Shown: positions 1-13,252, numbered from the stretch's first letter. The stretch: DNA of 60,000 bases from Callorhinchus milii (GCF_018977255.1 NW_024704743.1:97404001-97464000); one strand, 5' to 3'. Numbers and translations are program-made. The notes: a model not told the origin generated them from the letters alone.

Positions 1-228
1 TGCGTGCACAGACCATTAACTCTTGATGGCGAATGGAATTTCAACCTTAGGTCTTTTAATTTCCTTGGTCGCCAAAACTGGGTTTTAGAATGTACCCCGT
101 CTCGGATTGTCCTGAGGAAATTATACCAGACTTTAAAAAGAGTTGTTTTCTTAAAACACATACCATAGACATCAAACCGGCAACAAAGGTAACCCACCTT
201 GCCTGATTAAATTGGGACTCAACAAGTA

Positions 229-658
229 TCAGCCTGACTCAGGTGGTAGCACTTTCGCCTCGGAGTAAGAAGGTTTTGGTTTTGAGCCCGACGTCAGCAG
301 TTTGAGCTCACAGTCCAGACTGCCACTCAAATGTATTGCTGAGAGAGTGTTGCATTGTCAGAGTTGGCGTCCTTTGGATGAGATGTTATAATGAGGTCCC
401 ATATATCTGTTCAGGAGGATGTTAAAAATCCTATGGCACTATTCGAAAAGAGAAAGGAATTTCTCCTTGCTTCCTGGCAAACAATCCCTAAATAAAATTG
501 ATCATTCACTTTGTGGCTGTTTGTGAGCCATTGCTGTGCACAAATTGTTGCTACATTTGCTTATAAAGTAAATAGCGACAACACTTTAAATGCCCTGAAC
601 ATCTTTGAGATGTTTTGATGACAAGATAAGGCACTATATCACGTGCAAGGATTATTAC
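229..658 (+). mobile_element. Old full-length Deu-domain SINE (tRNA-derived head, Deu central domain, L2-like tail)
   Basis: The tRNA-like head reads cagcctgactcaggtggtagcact...ggttttgagccc. Deu-type core: ggatgagatgtta...ctgttcaggaggatgttaaaaatcctatggcactattcgaa and tgtttgtgagccattgctgtgcacaaattg. Tail: gcactatatcacgtgcaaggattatt. Homologous copies lie at 28060-28545 and 36540-37252. Confidence 0.8.
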
Positions 659-1689
659 GATGTAAGACTCAGAGAATCTAAAGAGGCCCTATATAATCAA
701 GTGTAATTTGGGGTTAGTATGGTTTTACATGCAGAGCTGTTGACAAATCTTCTTAAAAATACCTGTAACGTGTATCGTCATTAGGCGGTCAGAGCTATCT
801 GTGTGATTGGCTGGATCCAAGGCATTTTCACACATTGTTTTTGATGGAACTGACATTTGACCTGTCCTTACTGCTATGTTTCTCTAAGTAGGCTGGGTAT
901 AAGTTGTTCATGCTCTTCCTGACGAATCAAAATCCGTCACCAAGTGTTTGGTTGGGTTTGATGTCGTGGTAGCAGCTGAAATTAACCTGAGGCAAAGCAA
1001 GTTAATGGTGACATGAGCTTTACATGAACAGACAGAACATGGCTCCTGGGAATGTTGGACTTCCAACATTGTTGATCTCATGATTGTGCTTATTGAACAG
1101 GTACCTGCTGACTCAAGTTATCAAGTCCTCAAAACTTACAAAAGAATGAACCATTTGTTCAGGGGCAGAGGAGGAAAGAGGAAACAACAGGCTATAAGTA
1201 ATTAAAGTTGTAAGTTATTAAATCAATATTAATTTAGCAAGTCACTTATTTTGTTTGCAGAACAATAAAATCTTATTTGATTTTCCACAAAGTGCAATTT
1301 GCTGCTTAGTGAAATCCAGCGAAGACCAGGGGACGACTTGTTTTGTGGGAAAGAGAGCACTTTGTTTTGAACATAAATAACCAGAGTTTAGCAAAATCAC
1401 GGCAGCTTTCTGTATATACAGTTCATGAAAAGTAATCCACCACCAATCTGAAAATGACCTTGGTTGTAAATATGTGGGAAATGTGCAGAAAAGAATGCAG
1501 CTAATACAGTTTAGAGTAACTTGTTCATTTGTTTATTTAATGGTCACTCTCTGGCATGAAGTCTTTACTCTCCTGAGCCCTGATATTTCTGATTGACAGG
1601 CCTTGGGATGTCAAGATAAATATACAACTGTAAAATGTAGAAGCTAGGATAAAAAAACACGATTTGAAAGGCAGTAAAAAAGCTAGAGC

Positions 1690-2170
1690 AGGGTATCATC
1701 AATGGAAATGGACCCTGTACCAGTAGATCATGCTATCAAGAGGGAGCATGTGGATGATGAAAAGGGAAGGAGTGAAGGAACCCTGGAAATGACCTTGCAG
1801 AGCCAGGAGAAGCTATTAGAAGGGATAAAGGGATGCTGCTGGGACAGGCAGGAATATAACCAGGAACACACAGAGCCACAAAGGCAGAGAAGGATTCAGT
1901 GTCAATGGTGTCAAAGATAGAGAGATCAAGCAGCCCAAGGAATCACAGGGAACCCTGGTCACAGGTTCCTGGTCAAAGGTCAAAGGATGCCATTAGTGAC
2001 TTTGACCAGGGTCATCTCGGGACTAAGGATAGGATAAAAATCTGATTGGAGGGACCCTACAGGGAATGATGGAGAGGAAGAAGCAAAGCTAGGAGGTAAG
2101 AAGACACTACGGTTCTAGCCTCTTGGAGAGAAAGGGCAGGTTGGAGATGAGACTATAACTGGAGAAAACA
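1690..2170 (-). mobile_element. Highly decayed L2 LINE RT fragment
   Basis: Purine-rich + strand with motifs shared with the L2 at 6700-6920 (gtgactttgacc, gcaggttggagatg). Confidence 0.55.
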
Positions 2171-5100
2171 CTGCATTAGGAAGCAACAACAACAACACTC
2201 GCATTTATGTAGCATTTATTTATATAGATGGCGCATTCAGCAGACAACTCTGTAACAGATTATCTGTTAAAAAGATTATCATTAAGCAAACCCCAGTTTG
2301 TGAATCAAAAAGAATGAACAGGAGAATCGGGTGAGGGAATTTTGCAAGAGGCAAGGTGGAGTGAAGGTGTGGAGGGATTTGAAGATGCCTTTGATGATTT
2401 TGAAGTTGATCTGCTGAGGGATAGAATTGCTTCATCTCTCTCAGCAGATTGACACCAAGATACATTAATAAGCTCTTGATACACATTCCTCATTAAACAG
2501 ACAACATTTAATGCAAAGTTCTGTGGGGACATGGCCTTCTAACATCAATCATTTGAAAGTTGCCAGAGAAGCCATTTTCACAATAGGTGTACTTACCTCT
2601 CCCTTCCACTGCTGGCTTTTCAAAAGTGGGTTTACCACTGTGTGGCCATCAAAAGTAAAATAATTTGAAACAATAGCTGAACTTTTTCACTATCAGCAAT
2701 TTTCTTTTGGTGGTAAAAGAGAGGCTTATTCATTACCCTCTTGGGTGCTTTGGTTTTGTCTTTAATTACTTGCCCTCAGGTACAGTCGCCAATTTACAAG
2801 AAAATTATTAATCAGATTGCAAATTAACTTTCATACTACCAGCCATTGAATTTAAACTTTACAAAAAGCAATATGTTTCTTCACAGTCTATTTGTGCCAT
2901 TGGTTCTGAAAAACTGTACACAGAGAAAAAATCAAACCCTGAGGGCTGAATTGTTCCAACTACAACAACAACCCTAAGGGCTGAATTGTTCCATTTATTG
3001 ACAGCCTGAGACTTGCAACCAACACGTCACAATCTACAAATAAAATTTGCAAATAGTTTAGATCAATTTGTATTTTTCTTATTAGTTATCTTCCTTAAAA
3101 TATTCATAAGGTACCATTTCATATAATCCTTGAGGTTACATTTATTATCTATCAGTTCCCCCACATTGCATCTGATTGGAATATAGTGAAGGAGCATCAA
3201 TACACTGTGAAACCCACAAAGGATTTTTATTAGCATTAATGTAAGATGGATAACAAGCAAGGATAAGGTTCATTACCAGTAATAGTCAATAATCAGTGAA
3301 ATCATGCCTGCAATTCCCATCTTCCTTGCAAGTGTATTAAACTATAAAATGACTACTGCTCTGAATAGCAAAGGTGACTGGCCAATATGACATTGAATTA
3401 CAGTTTCAAATTCAAAGAGCGGAATTGCATCTACTAACAGCAAGGCTGGGAATGTCCACAATCATTCGTATTGGCAGCTGTCAGAGACAGATGAGACTAT
3501 AAGTTTCAGTTCGGGTGGGATTGGAACTAATGTCCCATAAGTAACCATATTTCAATAGGCTGCCAAACATAATTCCACCAGACACATTTCTTATCTGTAC
3601 TACACAATATAATTTAAAAATGCGTTAAAATAAAGATGCACAAGATATTAGGACATTTACAGCTATTCAGCCCATTGTGCAGTGATGGGGGTATGGTAGG
3701 GTGGGTGTTCTGGAGGGATTGGCCAAAGGGCCTTCTTGATCAGACCAATCTTATGATCATGTGATTGTGTGTCTGCTCTGGCTCGTGAAATAATTATCCA
3801 TTAAGACTCATTTTTCTGCCTTTCTCTTCCCATCCTCCATGATATTTCTCTTTTCAAATATTTATCCATGTTTTTGTTAAATGCTATTATTGTTTCTGCT
3901 TCATCTATATTTTAGCACAGTATCCAAACCATGATATTACAATTAATTCCAGAATCTCAAAGCCATGATCCTCCTTATTTCACTCTTATTTCACTCTGTG
4001 TTCTCTGCAGAAACTTTCAACACACAAGCCTACCATTGCCTAACCCCAACTTCTTGATCCATCTCCCATTCTCTTTTCAACCAGGTGGTGTCCTACAATA
4101 TGGACTTTGGGTTGTCACTTTGGTCACATGATCAACCAAATTCTTTAACTTCTTCAAACTAGTGCTGATAAAGTGTGTCCACTTATAGCAAAACTATAGC
4201 TCAGATCCCCTAGTCTATATTATTTTGAGAAATAATGAGGTTTAGTTTGTGGGTTGGGCTATAAACGCATGTGCAAAATTTGTGGGTTGTGCTAATCATA
4301 GGCATTTGTATGATTAACCGAACCTGCAAAATGTGCACATGGGTTGTTAACCTAGTGTGTAAATTAATTAGACCCCTGCACAAAAACAACTTGCATTTAT
4401 TTGGCGCTCTTCACACTGGGTAGCTTCCCGGAACGCTTTGTACTATGTTTGAGTCACAGAAGCCTGAAAGGGCATTTGTAAAACCAGGTGTTTAGGATTA
4501 TCTGGTTCCAAAAGCAGCCACCTCTTATCATGTGCTTTCTGCAAATAAAATAAAAATGAGAAGTTAGCACAAGGCAAGATGCACTTTGAAAAGTGAGTTG
4601 CCATAGAATATATGCTGCAGTCAGAAGGCTCTTCAGAAACATTTCCTGTTGTACTATGTCTCTGAGTTGAAGTGTGCGAGACAGCTGTCTCTTGCCAGAT
4701 GTTCAATTGGTATTTAGTAACACAATGTTCCCCTATTGGACAATATATCAGTTCACCTATTTGATGGGTAGTGATGTTTTCCTGAACAAATCACTGAGTC
4801 TAGCAAAAAACAACACACAACAGAATTTACACTTGACTTTTACTCTTACCTGAAGGTCACAGCAAAAAATGTTTTGTTTGAAAGTTCTGTCTTTATTCAG
4901 TAATACGTTGAGATCAATATCACAGACAACAACTTAAATTTATAGATTGCATTTCACGTTGGGAGGACGTCCCAAAGCGCTGGACAGTCAGGGGTCAGGA
5001 CCCGAGCATTGGGGAGGGGTGGAATAGGGGTGAGGGCGACTGAAGGCATGATCGAAAAGGAGGCAGGAAGGAAGCGAAGCGAAGGGACTATGGGATGGAG

Positions 5101-5546
5101 TTCCAGAGCGTGGGGGCAGAGAGGCTGAAGGCTCGGCCACTGATGGTAGGACGGGTCGGGCGGAGGACATGGAGCAGGCCGGAGCCCGCTGAATGGAGGA
5201 GCGGGCAAGTTGTTAGGGTATCAGCAGGTCAGAGAGGTAGGAGGGGGCAAGGCCATGGATGGCCTTGAAAGTGAGGACAAGGATCTTGAATTTGATCCTC
5301 TGAGGGACGGGAAGCCATTGGAGTCGGGCGAGGGTGGGAGTGATGGGGTCACGGAGCCTGGTGCGCGAGAGTACACGAGCCGCAGAGTTTTGGATGATCT
5401 GCAGCTTGCTAAGGGAAGAGTTGGGAAGGCCGATGAGGAGGGAGGTTCTATAATCGAGCCTTGATGTGACAAATGCGTGGGTTAGGGTTTTGGCAGCCTG
5501 AGGGGTGAGGCAGTGGCGGAGTCTGGCAATGTTGCGGAGGTGGTGG

Positions 5547-6160
5547 TGTTATGGCTGAAATTGTCTGTTAGGAGTAAAAACAAGGTTGTGTTGCAATGCT
5601 GAGCTGATTGTGCTAAACTGCTTTTGCTGAAAACAATGCTAGTTGCTGACTGCAGGAAAACTAAGCTGTACAGGGGTCAAAGAATAAGTTAAGAACATTG
5701 GTTTTGTGATTTTTACTGTAAATACAATGGCTGAAAGAATGAGTGATAAGGAAGCAGTTGCGTCTAACATGTTGCAGGACCCAAATAATATCGGTAACTT
5801 GCAAAATAGATTAGGGGGCATAGTGTGCTCTGGTGCAAAGGATAAAATAAGGGTAAGAACAGGAAAAAGACAGACGTCTCCGGAGTATGGGTAGATGGAA
5901 GATTGAAAGCAGGAAGAAACAAGTTTGCATGCTGTAAAGACACAGTGCTGAGTTTGTATGCTGTAAAGACACAGTGCTGAGTTTGTATGCTGTAAAGACA
6001 CAGTGCTGAGCGTGAACCATCTACGGTAGTATTGTTCCGTTATAAGATCGATTGATTGTACCTGCCTTTGTTTTACCCATTGGGAAACTGAGGAATAACG
6101 ATTAATAAAACAGTCTAATATCTGGTTGCAAATGGATGTTGGCTGACTTTATTTCTAACA
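5547..6160 (+). mobile_element. Solo LTR (614 bp) inserted in the L2
   Basis: Inverted termini TGTTA...TAACA with a 4-bp TSD GTGG (5543-5546, 6161-6164). AATAAA lies at ~6104. L2 RT sequence resumes in register on both sides. Confidence 0.82.
5923..6010. repeat. 29-bp tandem repeat x3 inside the LTR
   Basis: gtttg(c/t)atgctgtaaagacacagtgctga at 5923, 5952 and 5981. Confidence 0.97.
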
Positions 6161-8559
6161 GTGGTAGGCAGTGCCGGCCACGGCGCGGATGTGGGAGAGA
6201 AAGGACACTTTTGGGTCAAACAAGACACACAGGTTTCTGACTGGCTTAGTGAGGTTGAATGTGTAGCCTGGAGGCTGATGCTGCCAGCGCCTGAGGTGTG
6301 GAGGCGCTGGCACGAGCCAATCAGGTGGGCCTCGGTCTTGCTGACATTGAGTTGGAGAAAGTTGGCCCTCGTCCAGGAATTGATGTCGGCAGTCGGTCAG
6401 GACCCCAGTAGTCCTGGAGTTCAGGGTGGAGGCAGAGAGGTAGAGTTGGTTGTCATCCGCATACATGTGGAAATTTACCCCATGTCTGCAGATGATGCCA
6501 ACAAGGGGGAGCATGTAGAGGGTAAAGAGGAGGGGACCAAGGACAGAACCCTGAGGAACGCTGCATGAGACGGTGCGGGGGCTGGAGGAGAAGCCGTTTG
6601 CTGAGACGAAGTGGAGGCGGTGTGAAAGGTAGGACCTGAACCAGTCAAGGACAGAACCTTGGATGTTGAGGTGGGAGGAGGATTGAATGGTCCAAGGTGG
6701 CAGAGAGGTTGAGGAGGATGAGGAGGCAGAGGGAGCCCTGGTCACACACGGTCAGGATGTCATTTGTGACCTTGACTAGAGCAGTTTCCATGCTTTGGGC
6801 AGCACGGAAACACAATTGGAGGGGCTCATGGAGGGAGTGAGAGGAGACAAAAGAGTGAAGCTGGGAGGTGACGGCTCTCTCAAGGACCTTGGACAGAAAA
6901 GGAAGGTTGGAGATGGGCCAGTAGCTGGATAGCTGTGATGGGTCGAGGGAAGGTTTCTTCAAGGTGGGGGTGATAGTGGCTGTTTTGAGGGGGGAAGGAA
7001 CAGTGCCAGATGACAGGGAGAGGATGATGATGTCGGTGAGTAGTGGGGCAAGGAGGTGGAGCTGGGATTTAAGGAGAGTGATGGGGATGGGGTCCAGGGA
7101 GCAGGTGGTGGGCTTCATGGAGGATATGGTGGTGATGATAGAGGAGGGGGTCACAGGTTCAAAGGTGTGGAAGGAGGGATGGGTAGTGGTCGGAGTGTGG
7201 GAGTGGGGGGGGCGGAGTAGGAAGGGTATGGAAGTTGGGAGCGCAGTGGCAGCTGAGCAGATTCCCTTGATTTTGGAGATGAAGTCCAGCATTTCCTCGC
7301 AGTGGGAATCGGAGGAAAGAATCTATGAGGCGTGGCGGAGAGGACGGAGGAGTCGGTTGGTGGTGGAGAACAGGAGCCTGGGGTTGCCCTTCGTCTCCAG
7401 GATTAACCTGGAGTAGAAGGACAATTTGGTCAAGGCGAGAGTGGAGCGCTAGGTTTTGATGAGGTCCAACCAGATGTGCTGGTGGACCATTAGGCCAGAT
7501 TTGAGCCAAGTGCGTTTGGCAGCCCGCACCTGGCCCTTGAGCGAGCGGAGGTGGCTGGTGAACCAGGGTGAGGATCGGGAATAGGAGGCAGTTTGGGAGG
7601 TGAGGGGGGCAAGGACGTTGATTGTAGTGGAGAAGGTGCTGTGGAGGAGAGTAAACACAGAGGATGGGTTGGTGCGGGAGGTGGGCCAGAGGGGGAGGAG
7701 TTCAGAGGACTCCAGGGCAGCAGAGAGGGATTTCGGGGAGATCTTCTTCCATGGGTGGTAGGAGATGGTGGTAGGTGTGGAGGCAGTGGGGAGAGGTATA
7801 TAGGAGTTGAGAGCGATGAAATGGTGGTCAGAGATGACTTTTTCGGTGATGGTGACATCCGAGACGCTGAGGCCCTAGGTGATCACCAGTTGAGCAGGTG
7901 ACCGTGAGTGTGTGTAGCAGAGTGGATATGGAGGGAGAGGTTGAGAGAGGAGAGAGGAGAAGTCTGAGGAGGGGGAGCAAGAGGGGGTGAAGTGGAGGTT
8001 GAAGTCGCCTAGGATGATGAGGCGGTCGGAGCAGAGGCAGAGGGAAGCTAGAAGGGTGGAGATGTCAGAGATGAAGGTGGAGGAGGATTTTGGAGGGCGG
8101 TAAATTAGGAGAATTTTTAGTGAGAGATGGGAGGGAAGGCAGAGGATAAGGTGTTCAAAAGAGGGGAATGAGCCAGTGGAGTAGGAGGATAGGGCAAGTG
8201 ACGCCCTGGAGATGAGGGCCACACCACCGCCACGGCGGTTGGGTCGTGGGGCATGGTGGAAGGTGTAGCCGGGTGGTGTGGCCTCAGTGAGGGAAGGTGT
8301 CACCTGGGGTGATCCAGATTTCTGTGAGGGCCATAATATCAACGTTCTCATTGAGGATAAGATCATTGATGGCCAGGGTTCTATTGCAGATGGAGTGGAC
8401 GTTTTGAATGCCAACCCGGGGGCTTTTGCATTACCACTTCCGCTTTTTACATTACCAAAATGTATCACTGCTAATATCATAATGGTTCGCCACTGTTACA
8501 AATACAAATATTTTCATCAAGAATATTGTGAATTTAATATTACAATAGCTCAGACTCAA

Positions 8560-9169
8560 CGAACCGGTGTGCAGTTTTGGCATCTGGTTCGAGCCCCAGC
8601 TGTCCTTCCTCTCCCACATCCGGTCCCTGACCAGGACCATCTTCTTCCATCTCCGCCACATTGCCTGCCTCCGACTGTACCTTACTTTGGACACAGCCGA
8701 AACCTTCATGCATGCGTTTGCATTTCGTGCAGTGGCAAACTGTTGCCTACATATTGACGAGGACCAAACTCCATACCCACATCTCACCAGTTCTGGCCAG
8801 GCTCCACTGGCTCCCCATCACCAAACGGATCAACTTGTGTTCAAATCCTTTCACTCTCTGGCACCTTCCTAACTCCTCACTCCGCAACCCAGCACCTCTG
8901 CCTGACTGATGCTGGCCTCCTGCTCGTCCCTCCATCAGAGGTCGCTCTTTCAGCCACTACGCTCCAAAACTGTGGAACGCTCTCCCTCAATCTCTCCACC
9001 TTTCCCCTTCTCTCTCCTTTTTCAAGACCTGCCTGAAAACCTTCCTTTTTGACTGTGCTTAGGGTCACCTCCCCACCACCCCGGCTCGGAGTCAGGCTCC
9101 GCCACTATTAAGCGCTCTGAGACGCCACCCTGTGTGGAAGCTGCTATATAAGTGCAAGTTGTTGTTGTT
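8560..9169 (+). mobile_element. L2 LINE 3' fragment
   Basis: Encodes FEPQLSFLSHIRSLT..FFHLRHIA.LR and HISPVLARLHWLPI. Ends in agcgctctgagacg...ctatataagtgcaag(ttg)n. Confidence 0.88.
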
Positions 9170-9554
9170 AATCCTAGGTTTGAGTCTGAGTTAAGCAGGA
9201 TTTGTGTCTACATTTAATTTCAGAATTTTTGGGCTAGAGTTTCGATTCTTGAATATCAAGTTGTTGTTGTAACATACCTGAGAAATCCTGGGCTCAACCG
9301 TTGTGTGTTGTCATATGTGTCTTAAGTCTGGTGTTGGATATGGTTGAATATTTAGCCATTAGAAAAATATGGATATGAATGACAAATGGATCCAAAATGA
9401 AAAAAAATAAACTGATGCTTACTGGGGAACACAGCAGAAAACTGAAGAGACCAGATGTAAAGTTTTTAAAGTCAATGTTTAATCCATTGAGTCTGAAGCA
9501 TATCCAGGGTGAGATATTACTGCTGGAGCTTACCTAAAGACTGAAGTTCGACAA

Positions 9555-10090
9555 GATCATAAGAGAGGGTTAGATGAAGAAAGCCCTTCAGCCCAATTAA
9601 ATTCATCTTTCCAGAATACCCACCCTCCTGTCTTCCGATTATAGCTTTAAGCTATTTCTCAAAGTACAGAGTCTTTGTCTCTAGCATCCTTTGTTCCCGC
9701 TGTTAAATAATAATAATCCTTGCATTTGATATAGTGCTTTTCACATCTTCTCGACGTCTCAAAGCGCTTCACAGAATATACTGTAAAGTGAATTGACTGT
9801 ATATTTGTGGGCGAAACACGGCAGCCAATTGCGCACAGCAGTGTCCCACAAACAGTCGTGGATTGAAAATGACTAATTTATTATTGTTTTGTTTTGGAGG
9901 GATTATTATTAGGCGTGTGGAGTAAGGAAACTTGCTCAAGGTTTCGTCCTGCCTGGAATTGAACCCAGGTATCTCGCTTGCAAAGTGAGTGCTCTAACCA
10001 CTGAGCTATAGGACTCCACGCTGTTGACAATCGAGGTATTGTTCCTGGAATCTATCTTGAAATCTCCCTTCACAGCCCTGATCCTGTTAT
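9555..10090 (-). mobile_element. CR1 LINE 3' fragment interrupted by a young SINE
   Basis: CR1-like 3' end on the minus strand (cttcagccca, gtctttgtctctagcatcc, tatcttgaaatctccc), similar to the + strand CR1 ends at 46215-46520. Confidence 0.55.
9705..10018 (-). mobile_element. Young tRNA-derived SINE (~315 bp; partial Deu domain, L2-type tail, (TTA)n)
   Basis: The minus-strand head GGAGTCCTATAGCTCAGTGGTTAGAGCAC...GGTTCAATTCC contains A and B boxes. TSD is CGCTGTT (9698-9704, 10019-10025). Near-identical copies lie at 21092, 33099, 39966 and 48424. Confidence 0.93.
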
Positions 10091-11604
10091 CTCTTATTCT
10101 GCTGCCTTGTGTCATAGGAGGAGGAGGAAGATTTACAAGGAAACCAGGGTCATGGCTACAAGGGGAGGGAGATGCTCAGTGTCAACTTATGGGGGAAAAG
10201 AATCACTGGGAAGCTTGATATCAACACCTGGTTATTTCATTTTGAGCTTCCTGAGTAGTACCCTTTGTATCAACTAATTTATATTGTTCACTTGCATATA
10301 GTAGTCTGTCACTCTGAGGTAATGGGGGAAAGTCGAAATTCACATTGACCTGAATGGTTATAAAGATAAACATTTATTAAGATTATAAATTACTGGGAAC
10401 TTTCACATACTGTAGCTGGTATTAAAAGTAGAGGAGTTCGGAGCAAGTTAAACACAACAAAATCTTGAGCAGTCTCTTCTAATACAGTTTCTCCTGGTTT
10501 TTAATATTGAGGGCCCATGATGGTTTTGCTCCCTTTTAAATCATTCCTTGGAATATTTATTCTTTTGGCATTTTGTTTTGACAATTTTCTGCCTTCCTTG
10601 TGGGGCAGTATGATGTACATCTATGATATACATGGCATTCCCTGAGGGAGACATTTTTTAAGTCCCGAAGCATGTTTTAGATATTATATGCACCTCTATG
10701 TGATTTTTCAAACAACCATTAGAGGGAGACAATTCTGGCAGCTATAATGTCTGTACATTTTGTACTGTTCATGATGTTTTTGTTAAAGGGACAAAAAACA
10801 GCCAGAAAAAGCAGAAGAGTACACCATCAGAACAATTTTAATTGGAACTATAGTCTTGATTAAAATGATACTTCTGCTTGGGATGCTTCATCTTGTATTG
10901 CAGGAGCAGTTGTTTCAGAGTAACAGTTTTGATTCTAAAACAGGAATACTTATTCTGGCAACTGGCAACTTTAGAAGAGAGACGCTAGTCATGACACTAT
11001 TCAGTAAGAGAGGCAGTTTCTCCTAGTTCTCTAGTCAAGAATCCTGCAGATAAATTTGGCCATTCATTTCATGGCTGTTGTAGGACATTGCTCCAATTGT
11101 GTAATGAGTTCACCTACAAATACAATCACTACACGTTACAGGAATTCCTTTTAAAGCACTTTATAAGTATTCTGAGACTTTCAGACATTATAAGCAAGGA
11201 TTAGTCATTGATTTATAACTTGAATTCTGATGTCACTGGCACCAGATAAACTTAGGCAGACGTCTGGCTCCATCAGCACTTTAAATCATCCATCAACATG
11301 GAGAAATCAAAAGGATCATTTTGCCCATCCAGCATGTGAAGTGCTTCGAGACATCCTCCTGAGGTGAAATGCACAATACAAATGTAAATTGTATTGTATT
11401 AAAGTTGCTACTAAATTCTACGTCCACATAGCCATTTTGTTTCAACATGAAAGATTCATCAACATTTTCCCTTTTGTCTTAACTCAGTCTGAATTTGGAA
11501 GCCAGTTCCTTTTAAGGACTGTAAACGAGAGTCTGCACAATCTTTAATTGTAATTGTCAGCCAGGCTAAGCCTTGGTGAAAGTTTGTGTCATGTTAACAT
11601 GACA

Positions 11605-12030
11605 AGCTAATGGAATTTTAGGTTTTATTAACAGGGCTGTAGAATATAAAAGCAAGAGATAATGTGAAATTTATATAAATCGTTAGTTAGACCACAGTTA
11701 AAGTATTGTGCACAATATTGGTTAGCCCCACTTTAGGAAAGATGTCAATGTGAAAGGAGGGTGCAGAGGTGTTTTACTAGGATGGTACCAGTGATAAGTT
11801 GTTTGGCCTATGAGTGGAGATTGGAGGAAATGGGAGCAGTGTTTACGGCAAAATCCATATTGGTCTTCAAGAGGGAACAAAACAGATACTTTTAAAAGAG
11901 CCAGCTATAGGGGTATGGAGAAACGGCAGATAAATGGGACTGAATGAACTGCTCTTAAGAGAGCCAGCACAGACAAGATGGGCTGAACAGCCTTCTACTG
12001 TGCTGTAAGCTTCTGTGGTTCTCTGGTTCT
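11605..12030 (+). mobile_element. CR1 LINE 3' fragment
   Basis: CR1 ORF2 C-terminal remnants (gttagaccacagttaaagtattgtg, tttaggaaagatgt, gtgcagagg) and a 3' UTR ending atgggctgaacagccttctactgtgctgtaagcttctgtggttct. Confidence 0.8.
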
Positions 12031-12542
12031 AACAATGCTTTCAGGTGCCGCTGGCATTGTTGCACCAGAGTTCAAAACGTGCATGTGAAGTGCTTCGAGA
12101 TATTTATCCCATGTGGTAGGTGCTGTATACTTGCAGGTTGTTGTAATTGAGAAAATCTACTGATAGTTAATGGTCAGAATTTGGTTTTGTTTTGTCCTTG
12201 CAAGTTGTGAATGGTTCTGTCCTTCCCCAATGGTTCTGACCATTGCTACCCCTCCTGCAAGTGGCATCGCATAAGGTTCATGGATCAGCAAAGACACTGT
12301 ATAATTCTATTGAGAGTTGCAGGCACGATATAATAACATTTACTATGACTCTGCTCTCTCCCTGACAGTAGCATCTAAAATCCTGCTAGGGTGTTTGTGT
12401 CTATTTTAATTTAAGCCATGCTGCCTAATATTTAGACCTTTAGTAACATTTACAGAATTCTATCCATAATTTACCTTTATTTATTGACTTCTGAACATCT
12501 CAAACTTTGAAATGTAAAGATAAGCTATTTAACACTATTTTA

Positions 12543-12726
12543 GATGGATGTTAAAGATCCTATGGCAGTATTCAAAAAAAAGGGAGTTTCTCCCAATGTC
12601 CTGGTCAACCATCCTCCAGGTAAATGAGTCTTTCACCTCCTTGCTGTTTGTGGGTCATTACTCTGCACTCTGGGACTCTACCCTGCGTGAGAGGCGCGAT
12701 ATAAATGCAAGTAAATGCAAGTTGTT
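12543..12726 (+). mobile_element. Deu-SINE 3' portion
   Basis: ggatgttaaagatcctatggcagtattc...ttgctgtttgtggg...gcgcgatataaatgcaag(ttg). Confidence 0.7.
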
Positions 12727-12785
12727 GCAAATAATTGTACACAAAGTGTAGTGACTGTACTTGTAGGCAAGTGTGGCAGCCAATA

Positions 12786-13252
12786 TCACGTATGCCGAAT
12801 GGATGACTCCAGACTTCCAAAACAATTGCTATATTCTGAATTGAGCTCCGGCCAAAGCAGTATTGGCGGCCAGAAAAAAAGAGATATAAAGATTATTTGA
12901 AATCCTCCGTGAAGAAATGCAGTATTGACACCAAAACATGGGAAGAAACCTCCAGAGACCACAAACTGTGGTGATCGTATGCAGGCAGCGAGTTTGAACA
13001 AGCTAGATTGCCAAGGAAGAAGAGAAGCGTAGACAGAGGAAGGACAGAGACAGTCTGCTGCGACCACACCATCAACTGGATCATCTCCCATCTGTCACAT
13101 CTGTGATAAAATCAGTTCCTCTTGGATTGGTTTACAAAGCCACCTAAATCTCCACTAAAGACGAGGCCAGTCTTAAAACTTGAATCCCGCCTTTTTTTAA
13201 TAGCTGAGAAACAATCTTACTCGACTGTCGAGGGATTATCTATTGTTATTAT
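12786..13252 (+). mobile_element. RTE-clade LINE 3' fragment
   Basis: Translates (with frameshift) to HVCRMDDSRLPKQLLYSELSSGQSSIGGQKKR..KSSVKKCSIDTKTWEE and a C-terminal CHICDK...IGLQSH zinc-knuckle-like motif, typical of RTE/BovB-type ORF ends. Confidence 0.8.

Larger units (their letters stand above)
4926..8420 (-). mobile_element. L2-clade LINE, near-complete ORF2 (APE endonuclease + reverse transcriptase), frameshifted and interrupted by an LTR at 5547-6160
   Basis: Minus-strand ORFs encode EN motifs (GGGVALI, LLIYRPPK, IILGDFNLH) and RT motifs ([33 protein letters not shown]). The 3' end at ~4926-4985 carries the GGGACGTCCTCCC-AACGTG stem-loop and a (TTG)n tail. The 5' end is truncated near the EN start. 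Confidence 0.93.

Noticed and set aside
1101..1380. Possible small exons (AG at 1100 / GT at 1198; acceptor at 1260) and an acidic reading frame at ~2320-2450
   Set aside because: There is no recognisable protein similarity, stops occur early, and the signals are compatible with chance.
5923..6010. 29-bp repeats resembling a CRISPR array
   Set aside because: The units are head-to-tail with no spacers, lie inside an LTR, and the context is eukaryotic.
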